Origin: Enoplolaimus lenunculus
Lineage: Eukaryota
Direction of reading: 5' to 3'
Assembly (NCBI GenBank): GCA_030248215.1
Contig: JASANG010004131.1
Location: 372,001 to 436,000 of the forward strand
DNA: 64,000 nt
The translations under genes and the position numbers were made by a program. The notes beneath the pieces are model-generated. The model made no database searches. It was given only the letters and a program-made list of their open reading frames with translations, and had not been told where the DNA came from. Positions 26,470-39,157 of the stretch are shown piece by piece. The stretch's first letter is position 1. The number at the start of each line of letters is the position of its first letter.

Positions 26470-27602
26470 AATGTCCGTTATTAAAGCCTGAAAATGGTAT
26501 ACACACAGGAGTACATATATAGGGATACGTAACGTATTAGTGGAGATTGAATAACCTGCATTGGAAAACACAAATTCTCACAAACTTTGTTGACGCAAAT
26601 AAAAACGATATTTCAGAAATAAACTCATTTTGAAAAAATTTTAATACACCGGTAGACGATAAAATACTTTTCAGTGTTCAGGGAAAACGGATGCCGCACC
26701 CTTACATGCTACCTTGGAGAACTTTCACTGCACGCATGCTCATAAAGTTCCTTAACTAGCAAAGATAATAAAAAAGAATTATAATTGATTTTTCACATAG
26801 AAATAAACATTAAGTACAAAGATTCTGCCGATCATAATTAGCACAACAAATAGCTAGCTAAATAAAGTTTGCGAAACTAACCATAAAAGAAACTTATTCA
26901 AGATCGATTACAACTAATGTATAAATGGTAAAACAGAACTACTAAATTATAACAAAATCGCTCCATAGTTCAAACTTAATCAATATTAAAACGATTTAGT
27001 TCCAGTATCAATATTTAGGTTCAATTTTGGCAAAAAGTTGAGCTTCACTTACGGTTTTTGTTGTGAAGTGAAGTCCAAATGTTTACGTAAATATACCATA
27101 AAACTTACTAAACTCATGTTTTTGGACCTGGGCAAACACGTGTCAAAGTGTTTCTAATTTTGAAATTCACGTTTGTTGTATGCTTGAGGAATATTTACAA
27201 AATGTCTCCGGTGAACGCTCTACAGCTTTCATTTGCTAACATTATGCTTGCAAATGCCAATATTGGTTTTATTGTAATTCTAGACCTGTGTTAAGTTGTT
27301 TAGTTTTTTCAAGTTTTAGGTGTAGATCAAGGTTCAATTTTAATTCAAACTAATAGATTTTTCTTAATTTGACTCCAAAAACTCTAACTTTTTATACAAA
27401 TTAATGCAATGTCGGCCTTATGTATTGAACACGTCCCTTCCAATTTCACGGGTAATATCCCAATTAGCAAAAATCAGAATTTCCCGGGTAATATACCAAG
27501 TTCCCAAAATAGCTTACCGTGGGTTTTCTCGTTTTTCTTGTGAAATCCAAATATCCTGGGGAAATCTGAATCAGCTTGTGAGCCGAGGCTAACCTTTAAG
27601 GT

Positions 27603-28527
27603 TTATGCGGGATTCACGTTATAAATGGTGCAGCTGGGCCAAGTTTTGTCACGTTGTATATATTGGGTAACATTTTGTGTACGATGTAACCCAATATGAT
27701 ATTCAAAAAAACAGCGGTTGTCTGCTAACATCACGTATCGGTCACGTTTTGTCTTTCAATTTCATATGATATTCCCTACGTAGTCTGTCAATATCATATG
27801 ATCATTTTGAAAATGTCTACTGAGTCAGCTGCATAACTAGGTTTGGAATATCATATGATACTAATCGACATGTAATTGGCGGGAAATTCACATTTTGGTG
27901 GGAAATTCAAATTTTGGCGGGAAATTCAAATTTTGGCGGGAAAATTCAAATTTTGGCGGCAAATTCAAATTTAGACGGGAAAATTCAAAATTTGGCGGGA
28001 AATTCACATTTTGGCAGGAAATTCAAATTTTGGTTGAAATCTCAAATTTTGGCGGCAAATTCAAATTCAGGTGGGAAAATTCAATTTTTGGCGGGAAATT
28101 AAAATTTTGGCGGGAAATTCAAATTTTGGCGCAAAAATTCAAAATTTGGCGGGAAAATTCAAATTTTGGCACAAAATTCGAATTTGGGAGGGAATATTCA
28201 AAATTTTATCGGATTGTATACGTCTTAAACTACATAATTGAATATAATATGATAGTCCAAATCCGTCTTTGAATATCATATCATATATGCTGTTAATTTG
28301 GAATATCATATGATATTCAACAATATGTCTCATTATGTCACGTGACATTCGAACACTTGTATGCTGAGATAACATGAATACCCGTGCTTTGTATAGAAAT
28401 AGCACATGATATTCGACTTTTGCTTGTCCGTATCATATGATGGTAACAAAAATTTATGTTGATGTCGAATCAACATATGACAAAACGTGACCCGAGTGCC
28501 CCGGTTATAACGTAAACCCCGCATTAG
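27603..28527. mobile_element. TIR element with ATATCATATGAT subterminal motifs and a central minisatellite
   Basis: Imperfect TIRs of about 55 bp (atgcgggattcacgttataa / ttataacgtaaaccccgcat). Confidence 0.7.
27874..28206. repeat. Tandem array of about 17 x 19-20 bp units, TTTTGGCGGGAAATTCAAA
   Basis: Directly visible; 7 units retain TTGGCGGGAAA exactly. Confidence 0.92.
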
Positions 28528-29007
28528 GCTATTCAGAAGTTTAAGTTCAGACTCAGGTTTAAGCTTAAGCTTGAGCCTAAAGCTTATAGGCTAAAGTTTA
28601 GGTGTAGGCTTTAGGTTCGCTCGTAATCTTGTCTGGTCAATACGCAGACAGATCCGGGGGGATCCGCCTTTCTGTTGTCAAATTTGCCCTTTTTATTTCA
28701 ACATACTTGAAATTTGCTCGCATAAAATAATTTTCTCTAATTGAGTTTTCTGGGTGACAGTCGACCCCCAAACTCCAAATAATGCAATTCATTATATGGG
28801 CAAAATTTTTGACTGTTTTACTGCTTACTGAGAACTGCTCAATAGTGCAAGGGGGCTTGGAGTGTGGGAGCCCTCATCCTGCTTAGGTTTCCTTAAAATT
28901 GCGGGATTTAAAAAGTTAGATTTCCGAAAATCGCAATTTTCCGGCGTCAGAAAAATCCAAATTTTCCAAAATCCCAATTGCGCGGGTTACCAATTTTCCA
29001 AAATATA

Positions 29008-29192
29008 ACCCTTTCTCACATGAAAATTTTCTATTTCTCCTGAGACCAACTTTTATGCTAGGATTCGAACTCCAGTGACTGGAGTGAGTACTATGTATAC
29101 GTGTTGCAATTGTTTAAACACTGTGCGATATACTATTTAACGTATATACACTGCATTGAGTTGCCTATGGGCAACTCAATGTGAGAAGGGGC
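29008..29192. mobile_element. Family H MITE, internally deleted copy
   Basis: Near-identical to the 42447 copy but lacks about 80 bp, including the A box. Confidence 0.75.
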
Positions 29193-29399
29193 TAAATTTC
29201 CCAAAATCCCAATTTCCCGGGTACTATCCGCAGAATTTAGGAGGGACCTCTTCTTTTATGGGCCGCTATGTTTTCAAAAAGAGTCTGTTTGTTGACTTAA
29301 ATCAAAGAAACGACGTAGTCTACGGTTGACTTAAAATCGTATCTCTGGAACCAAGCCAATAAAGTCTAGGGCTTGACTGAAGCCTCACAATACTGCAAG

Positions 29400-29584
29400 A
29401 GTTAAAATTATCATTACAAGAGCAAGCTTAACCTTTTGGCAAATTTTTTTGCTTGGCATAGACTTAGGCTTAGGCTTAGGCTTAAGAATATGCTCATTCT
29501 TACGCTTAGCTTATTCTTAGGCGTCGGCTTAGGCTTTTTAATATGCTTTAATACTGTTCCACCTCTGCCGTTCTGCAGTGGCCC
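29400..29584. mobile_element. Family A MITE, degenerate
   Basis: TTAGGC block followed by aatatgctcattcttacgcttag and atactgttcc...ggccc. Confidence 0.6.
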
Positions 29585-29785
29585 ACGTTTTTAATATAAA
29601 AAAACGGAAAATCAGGTTCACTTTTAATATTAATCATGTTTCAATTTAGCGTGATTGCTTCATCTGAACAATGCACTCCGTTACACCTATGTAATATGTT
29701 TAAAAATCGGATAGGTCATCTTTTCATGAAAGTGGTCGGAAGCTAAAATATAAAAAGCTGTCCGAAGATTTAATCTGGTCATATA

Positions 29786-30232
29786 CTGTAGTGACCCGAA
29801 TAAGAGGGGAGACTGATATTTATTTGGCCTCTCCAGAGGGTTCCCCCCTTGTTATTCGGTTACGGACTGTTATTTATTTTTAACTCACGCTCCGCCGCCA
29901 TTCGTTACAGATATATATCTGGTACTGCAATTATCCGTTGGATTAAACGTTTATTTGTCTTGTGTACAATAGCTTGAGCGATAATACAAGGTTATACTTA
30001 GGAATGTACTTTCAAAATTTAAGTACGCTTTAAAGTTTCGAACTCAAATTATTTGGTCCTGGAGTCACTTAAAGCGCTACAATTAGGGTTAATTGACATT
30101 TATGGACGCTAATTAGGGTTTAGGGACTCTATCCGCTTACGGACTCTTATTAGAGATACAGATTCCAATTGATTCGGACTCAAAATGGGGATCCCCTCTT
30201 ATTACCCCTCCCTCTTTTTCGGGTCAATACAG
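29786..30232. mobile_element. Family C TA-flanked MITE (TIR CTGTAGTGACCCGAA), Tc1/mariner-like
   Basis: TA|ctgtagtgacccgaa ... ttcgggtcaatacag|TA; closely similar to the 34012 and 63017 copies. Confidence 0.85.
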
Positions 30233-30587
30233 TACATCTAAATCAGATGTTAAGTGTTTCACGTTGTCTAGGTAGCTAAAGTGTGAAGTACACATGTAGA
30301 AAGAATTTTGAAACATTTTTATAAAAATCCCAATGATGGCCTGTAAAAGATTTACGTTCCCCGGAGCATGCTAGCATCTTTTGGTAGACTTTAGACTATG
30401 ATCCGTTGTGTCTTTCTATAGCGCGATGACGAATTAGCAGAACTTGAAGTAAACTTCTTTGTAGCAAACAATTTTCAAACTTTTATATAAGGTCACATAA
30501 AGTGATGGCAGCTTTGCAGGCAGCGCGCTAACAGCCAGAACCCCAATAGGCTGCGATGTGCTGTGCGATTTCATAGCGCGCTGTGTA

Positions 30588-31095
30588 TATGTCGTAGCCC
30601 AAGTCGTAATTGTGCACAATTCCGAATTGGGCTAGTCTAAAGCGGAATTACGACATGAGCTAGCCCAAGGCGGAATCATGCTAGATAAATCTGTGTGTTT
30701 TCTATTTGGTTACTTGATAGTCGTAATCCTACACAATTCCGAATTGGACTAGTCTAAAGCGGAATTACGACATGAGCTAGCCCAAGGCGGAATCATGCTA
30801 GATAAATCTCTGTTTTCTATTTGGTTACTTGATAGTCGTAATCCTACTTGATTCCGTTTTGCTCAGTGAAACAAACTGATGGAAGCCAATAGGTGGCGGT
30901 TACTTAGCCAATCAGAAAAAAGTATTCACATCAACCAATCGTGTTTGAGTATGGCATTAAGCTAGTAACCAATCACAAGGCGTACACTTGTTGCATTAAA
31001 AGAATAACGCCGTAGACTAGCCCAAGTCGTAATTACGCCCTGGGCTAGTCCAATTCCGAATTATTGGACTACATTACGACTTGGGCTACGACATA
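30588..31095. mobile_element. Family F MITE with an internal duplication of about 115 bp
   Basis: tatgtcgtagcccaagtcgtaat / attacgacttgggctacgacata; block cacaattccgaattgg...gtcgtaatcctac occurs twice. Confidence 0.85.
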
Positions 31096-34011
31096 TAAAC
31101 ATAAAGCTCATATCTAGTTCAAGCTCACAGTTTGCTAACCCATACGTCCTTGTTCGCCCCGAAATTTGGCCTAGTTCCGATTAACCAGCCAAAAAAGGAA
31201 TTCCGGCTGATCTAGCAACGCAACAGGTTGTTTTGATAATAGTTTCAGTGGCGTACATTATGGGAACATATCCTGGGACGAGGATCGGACCGAAGGGACC
31301 GCTATGGGAGCAAGACACACTGTTGGAGTATAAAATATTTAGAATCTGTGCTGCGGGCAATTTTTGTATAATAAAATATCAGTTTATATCTTCATAATTT
31401 TAGTTCCAATATGATTTGAGCAACACTCTCCGAAGCAGTTGATCCGTATGGATATTGTCGTATTATAATTTTACTAATATCATGTTTTTACAAATACCAT
31501 ATTTTACCTCTAAGGTATATTTTTACACCATAAAAGCTACTCTATTTGAGGTAAACGTTACTACCTATTTGATAGGTGCGCTGTGTGTAAAACTATGATG
31601 GGGATAAATATATGACGGCCTATCGGAGGACCTATCAAGGGTTGGCATGATAAGATGTATAAATCAGAATTCCTACAGAATTAAGATTCCGGCTGAATTC
31701 CGGCAACAGTTATGTTCCAATTCCAATTCCGGTCGTACGCCGGACTACGAATTTTTCGGTATTATGTCAACTATCCCAACATTTTGAGCTGAAGAGCTGG
31801 TGCACAATACTGAAGCAAAAACTTTTCTACTTCAATATTAATAATTGAAACATACGCCGACATCATCTTAAGTTGCGCTTGAATATATTTGCTGTAAACA
31901 AAAAAATTAACGTTTTTGAAATTTTTACATAAAGAATAAAATGAGTATCAGAGAATCAAAGCAACAATTGCAATTCCGGCTCCGATTCCGGTTGTGACAA
32001 CAGATTTGAATTGCGACTCCAATTCCGATTCCGACTAAATTTTATTCAGTTTGTAACCCTGCTAAACTATTACTCCATATAGCAGTCCCGAGGTAAAACA
32101 GTCCGGCCCTCATCTGGGGGAGTTATTTGTCTACGTTCTGTTCATTATATATTTAGATAACGGGCTTACAAGGTATATGTTATAAAATGCACGTTGTCTT
32201 CGCTTTCCCTTTGGCCTTTGTGTATATGTCGTATGCTTGAATATACGCTTGTTTTTTCTACTACAGCTATAAAAAAGCTGCTTACCAAATATACGAATAG
32301 CAGGCGTGCAAAACCATACGCCAGTAGCCAGTTCAACATATTTGGGGCGGGGACGAAAATCTTCCGGGGGCGCATACATGACCTTTATATAATTTGGACC
32401 AAAATTTTTTGAGAAAATATGAGTCTTTGGCCGGCTCTGGCTACGACTCCGGAAAGCCATTGATCACAACATTGAGTTCGGAGTAAAAAAGGACTGAATT
32501 TGGCTATTTCATCTGCATATTTATTTTCGGTTTCTTTGATATTTTTAAGGAGAGGCGCGTGTACTGGGGTACAGACTGGATATGGTTCCTTAGGAATTTG
32601 TTGAAAAGCTTGGAAATGGCACCTTTGCATCGCTGTAGGATTAACTGCAGAGGATAAAAACACGTTCTCGCTCGCTGTACTCGAACGCAAAAAACTTTTA
32701 GATGATTTTAGAACCTCTTAAAATTCTATCCTGACTACGCCGCTGTGTGTTTCTGTATACTAGAATATATTAATATATCCCGTTTAGTTTTCGAAACAGC
32801 ACACATTGTGCCAAGCCCGTGGCCAGAGGGGGCCTGGGACGCTCTACCCCTTCGAAAGAATTTTGGCCCCCTTATAAAATTTTCAATCTTGCTTGTTGTA
32901 AGTGACATCGAAAATCCTTTTGTGCCAGTCCTGAATATTTTTTAACCCCCTATCAAGCTCTAGCTACCTACAGGCCTGCACAGTACATGCGAGCGTATAT
33001 GGCAGTAGCATATTATGCCAAAGCCCGTTGTGTCGACGGTTTCTGTATAGAATGTGCCTTGGGCTATTGTGAGCTATCTGTGTTTGTGCTGTGTCCCCAT
33101 TTTAGGTTGTCAATTGAATAGAACGTGGTTTTTACAGCTTATCATTGCTATATCGGGTAAAGGGTTCCCTTGTAGAATTAAATTTAAGTTTGGCTTTATA
33201 TAGGATTTAAAATAGCTTCTTAAAAGGTCCTTAAAGCGAACAGCGAACGAAATTTAATGACATTTTTTTATTTGAAATTAAACTTCTTTCATTTGCAAGA
33301 CCAAATTGTGTATAATAATCTTCTGCTAGTACCAGTTTTTGTATTCACATATGCAATGGTTGATCCAGGGGCGGGGGGTTGTAGGCGAGAGGTGTTCTCC
33401 CAGCCGGTTCTACCGCTCTCGAAATTTTATCCGTTCGCTTTGGATGGGCATAAAACATTAAAAATACAAAAATTTCCACATTTAAATTCCAGAATTTTAC
33501 TTTTCAAATAGTCTTCTCTGGTACGCGTTCATTCACATTAAACTTAAAGCGTTTAGGCTCAGTCCTAGAGCTTAGGACAAGACTTGCATTTTTTGTCTAC
33601 AATTTTGAAGATGAGATATATTCCCTCTGTTCCTAGTCTACCCTTGCATACGCCCCTTGTAAACCCTACCCTTGTATACGCCCCTTGTAGTAGGATAGCG
33701 CCACACTCTATTCAATTTTGTCCGGTTAGCCGATTCTTTCGGTGCCGTATGCAATCAACATTTCTCGGCAGGTACACCGTTATTATTGGTTAATACCAAA
33801 CAGTTTTACGACTCAGGTAAAAGAAGCAACCAAAATATAACCGTATTTCATATGCAGTGGTTCAATTAGAAAATTTTATCTTTTTTAATTTGTAAAACAG
33901 ACTCGGCAACTGCTGTAACCGTAGATGGAGTGTAAACTGAACTTTGACAGATTCTCAGCCGTAAAATCAAATAAATCAGCATTTAAACCAAAATATACAA
34001 TGTGATTCGTA

Positions 34012-34455
34012 CTGTAGTGACCCGAATAAGAGGGAGGGGCTGATATTTATTTGGTCTCTCCAGAGGGTACCCACCCTTGTTATTCGGTTATACGGACTGT
34101 TATTTATTTTTAACGCACGACCAGCCATCATTCGTTCCTGATATATATCCGGTACTGCAATTATCCGTTGAATTAAACGTATATTTGTCGTGTGTCAATG
34201 GCTTGACCGATAATACAAGGCTATTCTTAGGAATGTACTTTCAAAAATTAAGTACGTTTTAAAGTTTCGAACTCAAATTATTTGGTCGTGGAGTCATTTA
34301 TGCGCTACAATTAGGGTTAATTGACATTTATGGACTCTAATTAGGGTTTAGGGACTCTATCCGCTTACGGACTCTTGTTAGGGATACGGACTCCTATTGA
34401 TTCTGACTCAAAATACCCCTCTTTTATTACCCACCTCTTATTCGGGTCAATACCG
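34012..34455. mobile_element. Family C MITE
   Basis: Same TIRs and internal sequence as the 29786 copy, same orientation. Confidence 0.85.
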
Positions 34456-34696
34456 TATGTTAAAACTGGAACTTTTAACAGGCTTTCGAGTATTAATTTT
34501 GTGGATCCTATGCTCTAAAGATCCCTATTAGTATTATCCTAAATCGAAATGTAAAACCTTGGCCACGTTCCCGAGTATATGAAGAGAAAGCAGCCAGAAC
34601 TGCCCTAATTTTGCTTTGTCTTAACATTTTAGAACAACTTACTAATTTTAATTCCTTACCAACCCGCAGTTAAATTTATTCATTGCACAAAAAAAA

Positions 34697-37549
34697 ATGA
34701 AACAATTCCTACCCGGAGCATTGATATCGAGCACTCGTCGCTCATTGAGCAATTTCAACAGCCAATCAAAATTATCTATTGTTGTCGACACATTTCTACT
34801 GCTGCTTCTACGACTATTACCATATCACTGTGTACCACTTTCAGATTCGATCCCGACCGGTGATAATCATACGTTTTTGTTGCACCGCACCCTCACTCAG
34901 TTGAGCTCAGGCGAATTTCAACCCGACACAGAGCGACACGAATCGCATAATTCAACGAGTAACGCTGCGTTATTTCAATTTCAATCTAAAACTGCTCAAT
35001 GGTGCAACCAGTGTCCGTGTATTGGATTTTGTTTTCAAGATAACGGCAATTATCACTGTTCACATTTAGCGTCGTGTTTAAACCGGGGTACGCTGAGTAA
35101 ACTCCATACTGACCTACACATGGGTCGAAGAAATCATACCAGAGCTTTGCGTGACCTGTTTCATTTTGGTGATGAGACCCAAGGACGAAGGAAAGCGCGA
35201 GCTGTCAACGATCCGTTTATGGGATTTTTATGCGAATGTCCTCGATATTTTCGGGGACAATGCTGTGAAATTCCGGTATGTCATGGCGGGGGGCAATGGA
35301 ATGACGTTAACGGCCGATGTACTTGCGCTCATCCTGGCTATCAGTACGGAGAGCATTGTCAGTTTGCACGGTGCCAACACGGTGGGATCAGCGAAGATGG
35401 TGTGTGCCGGTAAGGCAAAAATTGAGGGTTTTCAGTTGCTGAGATTCCAGCGGGGGCGCCGCCAGAATATTGGGTTGTAGGTCTGCCCAGTGGCGGATCC
35501 AGAAATTTTACTGACGGCGTGGCGGGCTGGTAACAGTTATAAGGATGCTATGTACGAGTGAGCAGTTTTTTTGAAGGGGGGTGGGGAGAATTGTAAGGTC
35601 GAGGGACCATATTATTTCATTTTATCACAAAAGTTTTTTTGATTAAAAGGCATACGCCCCCTGCCGATTCCTCTCTGGATCCGCTAGTGCGTGTGCCAGT
35701 GGGTGTCTTAAGATTATGTTATATTAGCCGCAACAATTGCAAAGGCTTAATATTTAGACAATCTTTATATCAACCTATGTATAATTGGGCTAAAACCATG
35801 TTTATTGCAATATGATTCTCTGTATTTACTAATCTCGTAACAGCCTTTGCTCGTATATCTGTTTCAGGTCCTGCCAATGGCCGTGGCAAGGACTATTTTG
35901 TGATCGGCTGGTTTGTCTAAACGGCGGCGTTTCGATTGCGCTTGCGAACGGCTCGTACGGATGCCAGTGTCCAAATATTCCATTTTCGACCACTTCAATA
36001 AGTCCCGAAGAATCGCAACTGCATTATGGACCACAATGCGAGTTTATTGGTTCTGACATTGTACAACAAAGTCAACGTGAATCAACTGCGAAATGCTTTC
36101 ATTTGTTCAAAGTAATTAATAATGTATTGGCTGGAATTGAGTCTACGGGAATCGTTTTCACGCTAAGTTTCAGACTTATCGTTTACCACCAGGCTTAGAT
36201 TTAGGAATATGTTTAGACTACTGTTAAGCCTCTCTTATCGAATTAGCTAAGTGAACCGCAAGCTTTGAAGCTTTGTGTTTTTGCTATTGATTTGCTTCAC
36301 TTATGAGGGCCCGTGTAAAGATCAGGGGCGGAACGTTTGTCTGAGCGACTGTAATAGAGCAAGCTTAAGCTTTAGACTAATTTTTTGCTGGCGTTAGGCT
36401 TAGGCTTAGGCTTAGTAATTACGTTCATTTTTACACTTAGGCTTAGGCTTAAGCTTAGACTTTGGCTTAAGCTTAGGCTTAGAAATATGCTTATAATACT
36501 GTACAACCCATGTTCTTTACATTGGCCCTTATGAGCAAGATTTGAGATCCGGCGACAAAATGTGACATACAGTTAACAATGCGACTCCTTAGTGTGGCGC
36601 TATACTTGTCACTCGGCACCGTCGCCGAACGTCATCAAAAGCATATCGATACCATTAGTCGCACTTCACACCTTTATGCAGGCCTAGCAACGATTTGAAA
36701 CAATCACACACCTGTGTTTTACAATAGTAACCCCGGTGCTTATGAATGCTTTCATCATGGAAAGTTTTGTCTCAAAAATGGGTTCTGGTTAAAAATTCTG
36801 AGAACGTCCGAAATTTTTGCGTCTTAGCCCAACAAACCAAAACGCTGCCGCCCGACGCCTTACTGCAATTCGCGTACGGTACTGCACGACGCCCGATAAC
36901 ACCAAATATCACCGGTCAGTGTAAAGGACAGGGCTGTAGCAGGAATATAAGCATATTCCTAAGCCTAAGCCTAAGCGTAAAAATGAGCTCATACCGAAAC
37001 CTAAGCCTAACCTAAACAACAAATTAGTCTAAAGCTTAAACTTGCTCTAAATTGCAGTCAAACACAAAAACGTTCCGCCCGTGTTGTTTACATAGGCCAT
37101 ATCGTCAAAACCTATAGCGTAACCCTTAAATTGAATATTTCTAGGGCAAAACGTGTTCATATCTCGCGGAAGCAGGGCTTATTATTCTCTGCATAATATT
37201 GCTCATATTAATTGGTCTGCTAATCGCCTATCTAGCCAAAACATGGACTCGGCAGTCGTGGCTCGAAACTAAGCTTCAACAACGCTTCGCCGCGCGAAAT
37301 GAGTCAAATTTAGAAACTCCAGGCAGGGACATTCAGTCGCAACCAATGACATCGGAACAAAATGAAAATTGCCAAAAATTACTAAGCGATACGTACGATG
37401 ACAAAATATGCGTTCAAAATTCGTCGAAAAACGAGAGTTGTGACAAGTTAACAGATCCGAAGCATGCGGTGGGTCGATATGACCGACAGGCATCTCCGGA
37501 TAATGCGAACCCCGGTACCTCTTTGTTAACTTATCAATGTTCCGCGTGA
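34697..37549 (+). CDS. EGF-repeat single-pass transmembrane protein (3 coding exons, about 453 aa)
   Basis: join(34697-35409,35868-36111,37145-37549); GT-AG sites with consistent phases 2 and 0. Has an N-terminal hydrophobic stretch (FLLLLLRLL) and about 4 short EGF-like repeats (CLNRG..CEC..GQCC, CHGGG..CTC..GEHC, CQHGG..C..C..GLFC, CLNGG..CQC..GPQC). These are followed by the TM segment GLIILCIILLILIGLLIAYL and a polar cytoplasmic tail. The 3' end may differ (see findings). Confidence 0.8.
35488..35689. mobile_element. hAT-like MITE (CAGTGGCGGATCCAG TIR)
   Basis: cagtggcggatccaga / tctggatccgctagtg; TSD ggtctgcc/cgtgtgcc. Confidence 0.75.
36308..36527. mobile_element. Family A TTAGGC MITE
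   Basis: ggcccgtgtaaag...ctttacattggcc; perfect TSD cttatgag; internal TTAGGC blocks. Confidence 0.9.
36914..37098. mobile_element. Family A TTAGGC MITE (opposite orientation to the 36308 copy)
   Basis: Degenerate TIRs, GCCTAA blocks, TSD atatcacc/atatcgtc. Confidence 0.8.
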
Positions 37550-38589
37550 AAGCGATGTTCAGCGCTATAAGACGGTATAATTTATACACTGGCTATTTAT
37601 TCAGTATTGTTTGCAAGCTTCAGTTTGGACAGTGCTACGTAAGCAGAGACTCGGATCAGAAAATGAAGCTAATAGTATTTTGAATGATAGTTGTCTGTAT
37701 AGTCGAATTAATGGGAACGTCCGTAACAGGCAGGATGAAGGACTGTCTCCGAGATTGTGAAAGAAATTTCGTAAAAAAGCAATGCACTACTGGATGTGTT
37801 CCACCGGTTTTGGGTATAAAATCAACATCCGCTACTTGCTTGATAGAACTGTCTTCAGAGTCACGAAAGCAATAATATGTCAAATTTGTATGTGATGATG
37901 AAACTTTAGCAGTGGCGTGGTGGCAGGGGCGGGGCGATGTAGGCTACGGCACCTCAGCGTAGTTTGGTGGGGGGATGCGCAATAAAACTAAAAAGGGCGC
38001 CAAAATCCTTCGCATTAGGTCATTAGTCATTTTGGCGCCTTTACGAACCATGGCGGTTCTGTATGCTATTTTGTATTGAGGTTAAATAATAAACGTGACA
38101 GGCTTCTGGCTTGTTTCGCTCGCGAAGTCTTATTTACCATGTCATCTCGGACTTCAATGCAGCAATTTATACACACGGTCCTTTATATAAATGCCGAAAT
38201 TAACACACGAAAACAAAAATTTTGCGGTAGAATTGAATTCATTTTCGCGAAAAATGTATCCAAATTCTCGCTTGCTTCGCTCACAAACGTTGCTTCACTA
38301 TTCATATTCTACATCTCAATGTTTAAATAAATGCCAATGTACTCGAGGTATAGTTGAGCAAAGTTGAAGATTTCAAGCCGAAATACGCTAATATTATTTT
38401 GCATTAAGATTCAGTGCCTCAAGTTTGCAACCCACAGATATTTTATATCCGTCACTGAGAGTGCATATATACTGCGTTTAGCTATTTAACAAATCTGTTA
38501 GCTTGCTAAATTTAGAGGCTCGTAGCGCCAAAATGCAGAGCCCCCCAGCAAAGCCTACACTCCCATACCACGAGACTGATCATTAGAAC

Positions 38590-38780
38590 GGTCCATGTAT
38601 AGAACAGGGCCGGAACAGTAGTATAAGCATATTCCTAAGCCTAAGCCTAAGCGTATGGATGAGTATATTTCTTAGCCTAAGCCTAAGCCTAAGCCTAAAC
38701 AAAAAAATTAGTCTAAAGCTTAAATTGACTCTATTATAGCCCCTCCGGAAAACGATCCGGCCATGTTCTATACATGGACC
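38590..38780. mobile_element. Family A TTAGGC MITE
   Basis: ggtccatgtatagaacagggccgg / ccggccatgttctatacatggacc; TSD attagaac/actagagc. Confidence 0.88.
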
Positions 38781-39157
38781 ACTAGAGCTATATATAAACT
38801 GTTTTAGAGTACGTTTGATTTGCAAATATATATATTAATAAAATCTTGGTATCGTTTCTACGATAGTCCAGATCATGGAGAATTTATACGCTACACATTT
38901 CTCCAATGTTCTAGTGGCATTAATATTATTTTATTCATTCATAATTCATTCGTTGCAGCCCAGGCCGTAGTCAGCGCACCATGTTATTTAGGACCGACAA
39001 AAATCTATGGTTTCAATGTGGTGAGATTTAAACAGCATGAAAATTGTTCACATGGTGCTAGGTTTTGCTGGAGATACGTTTAGGCCACCTGGACCACGCT
39101 TGGCCGCCGACGGGCTACAGCTACCGTTTGTTCAAAAACAGGTTTAGCTCGTAGTGG

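Noticed and set aside
27895..28405. ORFs with NSNFGGKFKF repeats
   Set aside because: Translation of the 19-20 bp minisatellite.
30080..30130. TTAGGG motifs in family C elements as vertebrate-type telomere sequence
   Set aside because: Only 2-3 scattered hexamers per copy; not an array.
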